Below, piece by piece: positions 26,101 through 36,624 of a stretch of 64,000 bases of DNA. The notes below the pieces were generated by a model. The model did not search any database and was not told where the DNA came from. It worked only from the letters and a program-made list of their open reading frames with translations. A program made the position numbers and the translations under genes. Numbering within the stretch: the first letter of the stretch is position 1; each line of letters starts with the position of its first letter. Where the stretch lies: the NCBI GenBank assembly GCA_964106915.2, contig OZ066916.1. One strand, given 5' to 3'. Source of the DNA: Podarcis gaigeae. Taxonomy: Eukaryota.

Positions 26101-29100
26101 GCATGTTCCACCCAACCAAGCATCAACCGTAGTATACCTCCTCCTGAAGTTTGAGATACCAACAGAAATAATAATTAAAAAGTGGACTGATTACTGTGGA
26201 TGTGTGTGAATGGTGTGCTACTTCTGGGAGAAAGGAAAGCACAGCAGCAGGAGGACTGATACACAAACCCTGGAGCTGATTGTAGGCTTGCTGGTTATTT
26301 GGTTTGCAGAGTGGCAAAGTATATGAAAATCACTAGTCTCTAAATTTGGCAGGCAGACAATGTCTCCACAGAACAAGGTTAGGGAAGGAAGCAACAGATC
26401 AGTTCTCAGAGGCGACCTGTTTTTGAACCGAATGCCCTGTTCCAGCGTAAACACAGGGATAATTTATTTGTAACTGGGAAGCAGTTCAAAGAGTGATGAT
26501 CTGAAAGGAAGTTGGTTGAGCCCTGCTAACCTGCCCCCAACAAGTTTCAGCCATAGTAAGCTGCAAGGCAGACAGTTCTGCATTAAAAACTAGAGCCAAG
26601 TACAGTAACGTAAAACAAATATTATCTTTAAGTCATTTGTCTGCTTACGTACACCTGCTTGTGAGTCTCAATTCACAGCATGTCCCTAGTTGATTAAATG
26701 CAGATCCATTAATTATGTCAGAGAAATGTGCAGCCTGCCACAATATGAACCAGCATATCTGATGTGCTTTTTAATTACAGAAAGATTATGTCTCTGCCAA
26801 AGCCTTTTTAGCACTGTGGAATGTCTCTTATTAGTTGCAGTGAGGTCTGCTGGTGGCCAAAATTTCTGTATTATTTCTGTGAGCATGTTTTTATTATGAC
26901 AGAAGTGTTGTCTCAGCTGTGTCCTTGGAAGAGTGCTCTGCAGGACAAAGTACATGCATTGTTCAGCTCAATTGTTCTTCTGCACTCAGGGTCAACTGAT
27001 GAGGGAATACAATGTTATTGAAATACCTCTGCACTTCCTGGTCAGAGACAATGGCTCCTGTTCAGTATCACCCTCCCTGTACTTTCCAGTGTACTTTTTA
27101 AGTGCCAAGTCAGTTGAAATATTGTACTTCAACACATTGACTCTCAAATGCCTGTTCCCAGCATTTTTATCAGGAAAAGAATAACAAAGCTGAACAAGTC
27201 CTGCCCCTTTTTCAAAACGTTTGTGTCAAAATATATTGCGAAACATATAAGCCTGCTGAAATCTGCAGCCACTTCATTGTGTCCTTTCCAAATCTTAGAT
27301 AATATATTCTAAATCAATATGAATTATTGGATATTATCAGATGAACCCCCTGACAGGGCATAAGTACCCTTGACGTACTCTGTATTATTCTTGCTAGATT
27401 GAAAATGTGTTTGCCTTAGGGCTGGGTTGAAACAGAACTTCACAGTCCCATTCACCAATCTGAAATGAGGCTTCCACTTTCAGAAGTTTTGAAGGAGGTT
27501 CCAAAGAGGGAGTAAACTGCTCGCTCAGATTAACAATAGTAGGAGCTCCAAGGGTGAAGCTGCAGGAAAAGAAGCACCTGCATGGTTCCAAGTTGTAGAA
27601 CTCCAGTTCCTATCAGCCCCAGCTAGCATGACTGCTGAGCAGGGATGATGGGAATTGTAGTCCAGCAACATCTGGCAATCCTCAAGGTCCACCTTCCTGA
27701 CTTAGGCGATGTGCAAGCGGTGGCTGCAATAGCATCTCCACGCCCTTTGCTTTCCTGCCATGTGCTCAAGCGCAGCCCTACTGCACACGCCCTTCCAGAA
27801 TGAGGACAATTTTATAAAGGAAAGTTTGCTTTCATTCCGAATCGGCTTTATTGATCCTCAGAGGATCTAATCAGACAGTGCCAAATCTAACTGGCTGTTT
27901 TGTGGCATAATACTGTCGTGTTCGCAACACAATCCCTGATATTCAGGGAACGTGTGAGGAAGAAAAGGTGCGGGGAGGAGTGAACAAAAACCTGGCACTA
28001 AAGCAGCTGCTCCGAGGGGCAGCTGGCAGCAAGAAAATTGGTACAAACAATGTAAAATTTTGGAAGGTTTTTTTGGGTGAGGGAGCATTCAAGGCCTCCC
28101 AGTTATCCCTCTTCATGCTAAAAATGTTCAACCAAGACCATTCAACTTGTCCCAAGTCAAATAGCTACTTGTGGTGGCTGCTGCTGCTGCTGAAACCCAC
28201 GTGATTTGTTTAGCTTCCTGGCCCATGAATAAACAGCACCTGACATTTAGCTGTGTGCAACAGCAGCAAATAAACCTCGGATATATTTGTACAGCGGGAC
28301 GCAGATGGCGCTGTGGGTTAAAGCCTCAGCGCCTAGGACTTGCCGATCGAAAGGTCGGCGGTTCGAATCCCTGCGGCGGGGTGCGCTCCCGTCGTTCGGT
28401 CCCAGCGCCTGCCAACCTAGCAGTTCGAAAGCACCCCCGGGTGCAAGTAGATAAATAGGGACCGCTTACCAGCGGGAAGGTAAACGGCGTTTCTGTGTGC
28501 GGCTCTGGCTCGCCAGAGCAGCGATGTCACGCTGGCCACGTGACCCGGAAGTGTCTCCAGACAGCGCTGGCCCCCGGCCTCTTGAGTGAGATGGGCGCAC
28601 AACCCCAGAGTCTGTCAAGACTGGCCCGTACGGGCAGGGGTACCTTTACCTTTACCTTTACCTATATTTGTACAGCACAGTAATTTCTATTGTTTATTCA
28701 TGAGGTGACTTTGAATGGTTTAAGATGCATTTCCAAATCACTGATGACTTTTAATTTTAGGGCACCGCAGCAGCGCTGACAAGTCCACCGAAGCCTTGTA
28801 TGCAGCCACGCGCCGGGAAGGCTTTAATGATGTTGTAAGGGGAAGAATTCTATCAGGAAACTACTTCTTGCTAAAACAGTAAGTTCAGCACATTTGAAAG
28901 CTCAAATTTACAAAGCTAGCATTTTATTTGTGGTTCAGTTAAGGGTGAAATTACTCATGTGGACAGATTTTTCCATGCAGTTAAGACAATATTATTATTG
29001 CTGATGCTGCTATAGCTGTAATATACAGCAAAACACTATTTCCTAAAATTATGACAATCTACTAAGCGTTTTCTTGTTTTCTATTCTCTCCTATGTGCCC

Positions 29101-32100
29101 TTTTAACCAGGGGCTTATTTTAAATAATCAGAAGTGAAAACCTCAACTTTTTGTGCATGTGTTAACTATAAAGCCTTTCCCCCCTTGGTCTCGTGTTTTG
29201 GATTAGAGAAACCTGGGTTCAAATGTCAGCTAAGGTGGGAACTATCATAGGTGACTCACCCTCTTGCAGGTCCATTTGAATGATTTCATGGAAGCAACCC
29301 AGACAGTTGAGTTAAATTCCCAAGAAAGCTATTTTGTTCTTACTATAAAACAGTATCCTGGCCAACTGGGGTGAAAGAGCTGACCAAAGAAGCAGATGTG
29401 AACAGTGGGCGACCAGAAGCCCAGAGGTCTAATACCTTCAGATGGGTAAATGTTCTAGATGTTTCTTAAGATCATGGGGCATTTACAAAACAGGCCTTAT
29501 AAGCACAATTTGTGCAACCCTATGCTGGTGTGATGCACTGGATAGATTGGCGAGACCTAGTCAGATTCCTGTTCAGCCATGATGGTCCCTGGATGGCTTT
29601 GGGCTAGTGGCTGTCTGTCAGCTTTGCTTACTCTACAGGACATTTACAAGGATAAAGTGAGATGACCCTATGCACATGCTTGGAGGAGATTGGTGGTGAC
29701 AATAAAATGCGCAAGCTCTGAGCAACCAGGTGGAATTAAAGGCAGCTGTGAGTTAGGTGGAAGAAATGACCAAAGAGAAATCCCAATTTGAGTTAAGATG
29801 CCCAATGTGTGCTTAGATGGAGGGAAGAAAATCAAAGCAATAGCTAAAGTTATTCAGATTGGGGCCCATGTCAGCTCATCATACCATACCAATCTTGTTT
29901 TGAAAACCTTCAAGAAAAAAGGAAATTACAACTTTTCTGGATAGCCTGTTGCCAAACTGCTTTGCAGTAAAGAAGAGCATTTTGCCAAATATTTTAACCC
30001 TAGTTCAACTCTTCCATCCTTTTGTGTCTTGCTCTTAGAGTGCACCACCTGCTATTACTGTATAATATCACAACACTTCAGCAACTGTTACTGCCATACA
30101 CGTTGGAGTTAATGATAGGCGCTTAAGATTATGCAGTTTAGGATTGTGTGAGCTGCTGATCTAAATGAATGATGCTGTGTTCCTAACTATGCAGGCATAC
30201 TTAGAAGCAAGTCCTGATGGACTGAGACTTAACATGTCTCACATGTCTTAAAATTGTAATTATGCAACTCTTTAGCCCATGATATCTGTCATGGTGTTCT
30301 GTTGCGCCAGAAGCGGTTTAGTCATGCTGGCCACATGACCTGGAAAGCTGTCTGTGGACAAATGCTGGCTCCCTCAGCCTGAAAGTAAGATGAGTGCCAC
30401 AACCCCATAGTCACCTTTGACTGGACTTAACTGTCCAGGGGTCCTTTACCTTTTATATGCCAGTAAAATCTGATGTACTCTCTTGCTTAATAAACTGTGA
30501 TCATCATTTCCACCCTTTTGTTGTTGTTTAGTCGTTTAGTCGTGTCCGACTCTTCGTGACCCCATGGACCACAGCACGCCAGGCACTTCTGTCTTCCACT
30601 GCCTCCCGCAGTTTGGTCAGACTCATGTTTGTAGCTTCGAAGACACTATCCAACCATCTCATCCTCTGTCGCCCCCTTCTCCTTGTGCCCTCCATCTTTC
30701 CCAACATCAGGGTCTTCTCCAGGGAGTCTTCTCTTCTCATGAGGTGGCCAAAGTATTGGAGCCTCAGCTTCACGATCTGTCCTTCCAGTGAGCACTCAGG
30801 GCTGATTTCCTTAAGAATGGATCGGTTTGTTCTTCTTGCAGTCCATGGGACTCTCAAGAGTCTCCTCCAGCACCATAATTCAAAAGCATCAATTCTTCGG
30901 CGATCTGCCTTCTTTATGGTCCAGCTCTCACTTCCATACATCACTACTGGGAAAACCATAGCTTTTACTATACGGACCTTTGTTGGCAAGGTGATGTCTC
31001 TACTTTTTAAGATGCTGTCTAGGTTTGTCATTGCTTTCCTCCCAAGAAGCAGGCGTCTCTTAATTTCGTGGCTGCTGTCACCATCTGCAGTGATCATGGA
31101 GCCCAAGAAAGTAAAATTTCTCACTGCCTCCATTTCTTCCCCTTCTATTTGCCAGGAGGTGATGGGACCAGTGGCCATGATCTTTGTTTTTTGATGTTGA
31201 GCTTCAGGCCATATTTTGCGCTCTCCTCTTTCACCCTCAATAAAAGGTTCTTTAATTCCTCCTCACTTTCTGCCATCAAGGTTGTGTCATCTGCATATCT
31301 GAGGTTGTTGATATTTCTTCCAGCGATCTTAATTCCGGCTTGCGATTCATCCAGCCCAGCCTTTTGCATGATGAATTCTGCATATAAGTTAAATAAGCAG
31401 GGAGACAATATACAGCCTTGTCGTACTCCTTTCCCAATTTTGAACCAATCAGTTGTTCCATATCCAGTTCTAACTGTAGCTTCTTGTCCCACATAGAGAT
31501 TTCTCAGGAGACAGATGAGGTGATCAGGCACTCCCATTTCTTTAAGAACTTGCCATAGTTTGCTGTGGTCGACACAGTCAAAGGCTTTTGCATAGTCAAT
31601 GAAGCAGAAGTAGATGTCTTTCTGGAACTCTCTGGCTTTCTCCATAATCCAGCGCATGTTTGCAATTTGGTCTCTGGTTCCTCTGCCTCTTCTAAATCCA
31701 GCTTGCACTTCTGGGAGTTCTCAGTCCACATACTGCTTGAGCCTTCCTTGTAGAATTTTAAGCATAACCTTGCTAGCGTGTGAAATGAGTGAAATTGTGC
31801 GGTAGTTGGAGCATTCTTTGGCACTGCCCTTCTTTGGGATTGGGGTGTAGACTGATCTTCTCCAATCCTCTGGCCACTGCTGAGTTTTCCAAACTTGCTG
31901 GCATATTGAGTGTGGCACCTTAACAGCATCATCTTTTAAAATTTTAAATAGTTCAGCTGGAATACCATCACTTCCACTGGCCTTGTTATTTGCAATGCTT
32001 TCTAAGGCACCCTAGTCTTGTTTAAATGCAACAGGGCAGAAAAGCAGGATCAGGAAAATGAATGGCTCTCTCTAGCTATGTAAAGATAGGTATGTTGAGG

Positions 32101-34677
32101 CAGATGACTTTAATCCAACCTTCTGATAATCCAGAAGGTGAGGGAGAAAAAAGCCACAAGCAGTAGCTGCACAGCACATATGAAAAGACAGCTGAGAGAC
32201 ACCCAATACTTGAATTTGAGGTCCAGTATTGCACTACCCCACGTTCACTAAACTGTTACTATGCATCTGCTGTTTGGTTAAATTATCCTTTTCTCATTTG
32301 TCAAGATTTTAAACATTAGCAATACAGTCGTACCTCGGAAGTCAAATGGAATCCCTTCTGGAAGTCCATTTGACTTCCAAAATGTTTGGAAACTAAGGCG
32401 TGGCTTCCGATTGGCTGTAGGAAGTTCCTGCAGCCAATTGGAAGCCACACCGGACGTTTGGGTTCCAAAGAACATTTGCAAATCAGAACACTCACTTCCG
32501 GGTTTGTGGCGTTCGGGAGCCAAAACATTTGACTCACAAGTAGTTTGTTAACCAAGGTTCAACTGTACTCTTCATTTCTAAGAGTAGCTAAGCACTGAAG
32601 TCAGATAGTCCTCTTATCTGAACAACTGAGGCCAGCGTTACAATGCTTTGACTTAATTGGTTTTCTTTAGCTGTAGACTCAGGGAGAAAAGATATCATCT
32701 TGTTTGCAATTTTTGCACACACATCCAAATGCTGCAATTGGCTAAAAGACTCAATGTCCTGTTGCTAGTTCTCACAAAATGTGTTTTCCCCTCTAGGAAC
32801 TATGAGAATTACTTCATCAAAGCCCAGAAAGTGAGAAGACTCATTGCCAATGATTTTGCAAAAGTCTTTCATTCTGGTGTCGATATTTTGCTCACTCCAA
32901 CAACTATGAGCCACACTGTACCATATGTGGAATTCATCAAAGAGGATAACAGAACCCGCAGCACCCAGGATGATATTTTTACTCAGGCTGCCAACATGGC
33001 TGGTGAGAACATCTGAGTGGTTCATATACTTATCTAATCTTAGTTGTTGCTTATTGAATTTGCCATTCCCAGACAGACATCTTCTTTGTGCAGCATTCCT
33101 GAAGGCTTCCCAGCAGTATGCAAAAATGGGGGGGAAACCCTGTACTGATCACCACTATTATAGGAAAGGTTTCTCTCCCCCCCCCCCCATCATTTTTAAA
33201 TAATAAAAAAAAGCATTATAATGTTATAGCATAATAATGTGCTTTCATGGTATTTCACTATTTAAAGGTTTTTTTAAAATAACAAATAGCAAGGAAAGTG
33301 TTTCTGCAGTAATTTAAAGCTATTTAAAATAATATATAGAGTAATAAAAGCACCTATTACAAAGGCTATGGTAAATGTGTGCTGAGCTATGGATTGACCT
33401 TCCTTGGTATGTCACTGCATATAGCAAAACCACTCTCTTAAAAGAAGAATAGCTCTAAGGCTACCTACATAGGTGTAGATTGTGCTGCTCTGAAAAAAAA
33501 GTCAGACTATATTGTTTGAGAAAAGGCAGAAGGACTACAAGGAAAAGACAATGACTGAATGACAGCATTGTGTGGATGCCCCAATAAAAAAACAACAGCA
33601 AACAAAGGGGAGGCAATTCTACTCATTGGAGGCTTTTAAGCAGAGGTTGGATGGGTATATGCCATGGGTGTTGAGATTCCAACTCTACAATTCTATGATT
33701 CTACTGCACTCCTGATGGGACACGGGTGGCGCTGTGGGTTAAACCACAGAGCCTAGGACTTGCCGATCAGAAGGTCGGCAATTCAAATCCCTGCGACGGG
33801 GCGAGCTCCCATTGCTCGGTCCCTGCTCCTGCCAACCTAGCAGTTCGAAAGCACCTCAAAGTGCAAGTAGATAAATAGGTACCGCTCCAGCGGGAAGGTA
33901 AACGGCGTTTCCGTGTGCTGCTCTGGTTCGCCAGAAGCTGCTTAGTCATGCTGGCCACATGACCCGGAAGCTGTACGCTGGCTCCCTCGGCCAATAAAGT
34001 GAGATGAGCGCTGCAACCCCAGAGTTGGTCACGACTGGACCTAATGGTCAGGGGTCCCTTTACCTTTTTAGGTAAAGGTAAATGGACCCCTGACCACTAG
34101 GTCCAGTCGTACGGCACTCCTAAAGTGGAGGCAAAAAGGTTCATTAATCTTGCTGCCTAGATAACTGCTCAAGAAGCCCAATCCATGTGGCCGAGTCTAT
34201 CTTGGATGCTTTTGAAAGTAGTCTGGAAAAAAGAGCCTATTAGAAATGGAAGATGTGTATGCCTTGTCCTTAGTTACAGCATGGGACAGTGAAATTGTGC
34301 TTTCTCCTCTTATACCTGTGCATTCTCCCCATTGAGGCTGGCAATATTACTGCTAGGAGAAGAAATAATGCCAAATTAATGCCTTGTGTATTGGTTTTTG
34401 TTTTACCATTGAATAGTGTGTGATTCTATCAAACGATGTAAATAATGATCTATTTTGTCTTTCAGGGCTACCAGCTGTAAATGTTCCTTCTGCACTTTCA
34501 GAGACAGGCTTACCAATTGGGCTGCAGTTTATTGGCCGCGCATTCCACGAGGAACAGCTTCTCACAGTTGCCAAATGGTTTGAAAAGCAAGTGCAGTTCC
34601 CTGTCTTAGAGCTACAAGGGATGATGAATCATCTTGACACTGTCTCTCACCAGGAGAAGTCAGCATTCTTTTCATGA
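13973..34677 (+). CDS. QRSL1: Glutamyl-tRNA(Gln) amidotransferase subunit A, mitochondrial (GatA, amidase family); complete, 11 coding exons, 1575 nt, 524 aa
   Basis: All exons GT-AG and in frame; amidase signature AVKDN (Lys), [21 protein letters not shown] (Ser-cisSer-Lys triad intact); [18 protein letters not shown] motifs. Confidence 0.98.
15742..15901 (+). CDS. QRSL1: QRSL1 coding exon 2 (ISIALKEGQ...KRYRQ)
   Basis: TTTCAG acceptor, G|GTAAT donor, 160 nt. Confidence 0.96.
16099..16277. mobile_element. Old hAT-like MITE
   Basis: CAGGGCTGCCC ... GGGCTGGCCCTG termini; partial 8-bp TSD. Confidence 0.5.
17111..17209 (+). CDS. QRSL1: QRSL1 coding exon 3 ([18 protein letters not shown]...SKMLK)
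   Basis: TAG acceptor, G|GTAAA donor, 99 nt; catalytic Lys. Confidence 0.96.
17788..18460 (-). mobile_element. CR1 LINE 3' fragment (ORF2 C-terminus + 3' UTR) in QRSL1 intron 3
   Basis: [19 protein letters not shown] and [12 protein letters not shown]-like motifs; (ATTCTATG)n-type tail; one frameshift. Confidence 0.95.
18949..19045 (+). CDS. QRSL1: QRSL1 coding exon 4 ([11 protein letters not shown]...[11 protein letters not shown])
   Basis: TTTTCAG acceptor, GG|GTAAG donor, 97 nt. Confidence 0.97.
19887..20063 (+). CDS. QRSL1: QRSL1 coding exon 5 ([15 protein letters not shown]...[17 protein letters not shown])
   Basis: CTTAG acceptor, AC|GTAAG donor, 177 nt. Confidence 0.97.
20763..20876 (-). 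mobile_element. tRNA-Lys(CTT)-derived SINE, internally deleted
   Basis: Reverse complement reads GTAGAGCATGAGACTCTTAATCTCAGGGTCGTGGG... then a CR1-type CTTCTATG tail. Confidence 0.8.
21058..21233. mobile_element. hAT MITE
   Basis: TIR CCGTGGTTCCCAAC/GTTGGTAACCACTG; exact 8-bp TSD CTATATAT. Confidence 0.88.
21857..22032 (+). CDS. QRSL1: QRSL1 coding exon 6 ([14 protein letters not shown]...AATVL)
   Basis: CATAG acceptor, G|GTATA donor, 176 nt; nucleophile Ser. Confidence 0.96.
22139..22251 (+). CDS. QRSL1: QRSL1 coding exon 7 ([13 protein letters not shown]...IGIPK)
   Basis: TTTCAG acceptor, AAG|GTAAC donor, 113 nt; 106-bp preceding intron. Confidence 0.94.
23406..24096. mobile_element. Tc2/pogo-like non-autonomous DNA transposon with GC-rich palindromic interior
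   Basis: Termini CTGTATTTTTCGCTCCATAAAACGCAC and GTGCATCTTATGGAGCAAAAAACAGGG-TA are inverted repeats. Confidence 0.8.
25126..25318 (+). CDS. QRSL1: QRSL1 coding exon 8 (EYNVPGLSS...[11 protein letters not shown])
   Basis: TCTAG acceptor, G|GTAAG donor, 193 nt. Confidence 0.97.
28296..28662 (+). mobile_element. Sauria SINE, full length, young
   Basis: tRNA-like A/B boxes (GTTCGAATCC), (ACCTTT)n tail, exact 14-bp TSD TATATTTGTACAGC at 28282-28295 and 28663-28676. Confidence 0.93.
28761..28878 (+). CDS. QRSL1: QRSL1 coding exon 9 ([22 protein letters not shown]...YFLLK)
   Basis: TTTTAG acceptor, CA|GTAAG donor, 118 nt. Confidence 0.96.
30301..30454 (+). mobile_element. Sauria SINE 3' half
   Basis: GTCATGCTGGCCACATGACC core and CCTTTACCTTTT tail. 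Confidence 0.85.
30517..32007 (-). mobile_element. 5'-truncated BovB LINE (RT half) in QRSL1 intron 9
   Basis: Near-identical to 36611-38108; (CAA)n tail; TSD CACCCT at 30511-30516 and 32008-32013; 1-nt frameshift in an A-run and one TGA. Confidence 0.95.
32325..32565. mobile_element. Tc1/mariner MITE
   Basis: TA-CAGTCGTACCTCGG ... CCAAGGTTCAACTG-TA. Confidence 0.8.
32797..33002 (+). CDS. QRSL1: QRSL1 coding exon 10 ([14 protein letters not shown]...TQAANMA)
   Basis: TCTAG acceptor, G|GTGAG donor, 206 nt. Confidence 0.97.
33717..34110 (+). mobile_element. Sauria SINE followed by an inverted copy of its own 3' tail
   Basis: Same family as 28296-28662; 34074-34110 is the reverse complement of the 3' tail starting at 34031; GCACTCCT repeats flank the whole unit. 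Confidence 0.9.
34466..34677 (+). CDS. QRSL1: QRSL1 coding exon 11 (GLPAVNVP...KSAFFS stop)
   Basis: TTTCAG acceptor, TGA at 34675-34677. Confidence 0.96.
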
Positions 34678-34798
34678 TGGGTTCAACTATGCAGTGGAAA
34701 AAAGATTGTGAAGAAGCTTTTAATATAGACCTGGTTTATAATCGGCTTCCAATTGCCATTTGATTTAGCCCAAGCTCAGTTCTGGCCAAAAGTAATGT

Positions 34799-34804
34799 AA
34801 TAAA
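34799..34804 (+). terminator. Candidate QRSL1 polyadenylation signal AATAAA (a more distal one at 35672-35677)
   Basis: First AATAAA after the stop codon, followed by a T-rich tract at about 34830-34847. Confidence 0.5.
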
Positions 34805-35383
34805 ATTACTAACATGCTAGCATGTTGAAAATTTTGTTTCTTCTTCTAGGAATCTTGATCACACTCAAGGAAAAACAAGTTATTACAGTGTGATAAAATG
34901 GTGTTTGCTTCCCATCTGAAAATGAATCGCCCTGAGTAGTACTGTCACATAAGTGTAAGAACTGTGTATACGAAGCCCAGCCATTAAGAAGGAAAACTTT
35001 AGGTCTTTATAATTTCATCTTACTGAAGAGGAGTTAACACCAATTACGAAGTTCAGCAGATAAAGATGGAACAAAGCAATCTCTCTGTGCCGCAAGTCTG
35101 AAACACTGTGGATGCACATCCCATTGATTTCTGTTAAATTTATTTCAAAGCATAAATGCTTAGGATCAGGCTGTAATTTTCTTATGAAGTATCTGCAGCT
35201 ATCCAGTCTGATACAGGAATCCTGATACCTGATAAGGAATCCTGTTAATTGTTTATGGAATCAGTTTTGTTTCTTCCATCTGACTTAGTTTTATGGCAGG
35301 GATGCAACAGTTTCTTTGAAACTGTTGTTGTAAACCAGCAAAACTCCTGGAAGGAAAGAGAACCACATGCTCCCTATTAACTT

Positions 35384-35447
35384 AGAATCATAGAGTTGGA
35401 AGAGACCACAAGGGCCATCGAGTCCAACCCCCTGCCAAGCAGGAAAC
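35384..35447 (-). mobile_element. Extremely truncated CR1 3' stub
   Basis: Identical to about 17791-17854; flanked by AACTT direct repeats. Confidence 0.85.
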
Positions 35448-36624
35448 TTCTGTGCAAGAACTCTCTAACCAGCTAGCACTGCATCACTGCATGCAAAGTT
35501 TATGTCTTCCAGATTGGCATGAAAGTCAAAGAGTGGGCCCCCAATTTTTTTTTTGGGGGGGGGGGAATGGTTGATAGGAAAGATTCTTGCAGAAAGTATG
35601 GAGGCTGCTGCTGTATGTAGTAACTGCAGGTGCACCAACTCAAGACACAGAGTTTATTGGGTTGGTTCATGAATAAAAGATTATGATGAACCCATTATCG
35701 TATCTACCTATTGAGCTAGCAGTCTTCCTAAAGACAGCATCCCATTTTGTACTAGTTGTCAGTTCAACTCTGGAAACAGATAAGCTCAGAGGGCCTTTTC
35801 AGGTATTTCATTTTGTAATGAAAAACCAATTGTCAAGCACAGGGCAGGAGTCATTTATTAATTGTCTAACATGTAAATTAGGGCGTTCACCCACAAAATA
35901 TACACAAGTGGTTAACTGGCAACTGGATTACCAATACGAAAAGGATATGATTTACACATGCATGCTTTGTAAGATAGCATTGTATTACATTTTGTTCACA
36001 GTAGTTGCTTCCTAAGCACAACGTATGATGTGCAGCCTCCTAAATGCTATTTATGCTTGTATTATTCCAAAAAGAGATTTGGTTGAATATGAGCGGATCA
36101 GCCCACCATGAAATTCACTAGGATGATGCTCTTGAGAAGATGGGCTAATTTGGTCATAGTGTAATACACTCAGCAGGTAAGGAAGCTGCTCCCAGAACTA
36201 TGTCTTCCAACCGACCTCCTTTACGTTGACGTAGCCATTTGTCCCTTCTGAATCTGATCAATATTAACACCAACACAAAGGCACTCTGAAACCTGGGAAC
36301 TATAGTTTCCAAAGTCAAGTTCAGAAAGTCTCCCAGTTTGTGTTAAGTGGGGTTTGCAGTCATTCAACCGTAATTCCATACCATCATGGAGAAAATAGGA
36401 GTAATTGCTCTACAACAAGGGAGGTTAACTTGGGAAAGGAAGTAGTATGGGCCACTTCCTTAACTCTAGGTAAATGTCAGCATTGTGTTATGCCTTTACT
36501 AGCCTCTCTGCCTAAAGTATTTAACAAGGTTAAGGACACAGAAGAACTGGATAAGGGCCATCAAGTGCCTAATTCACTGAAGAGTCTACTCTGAGTTGGA
36601 CTTAGTGAATGTTGTTGTTGTTGT

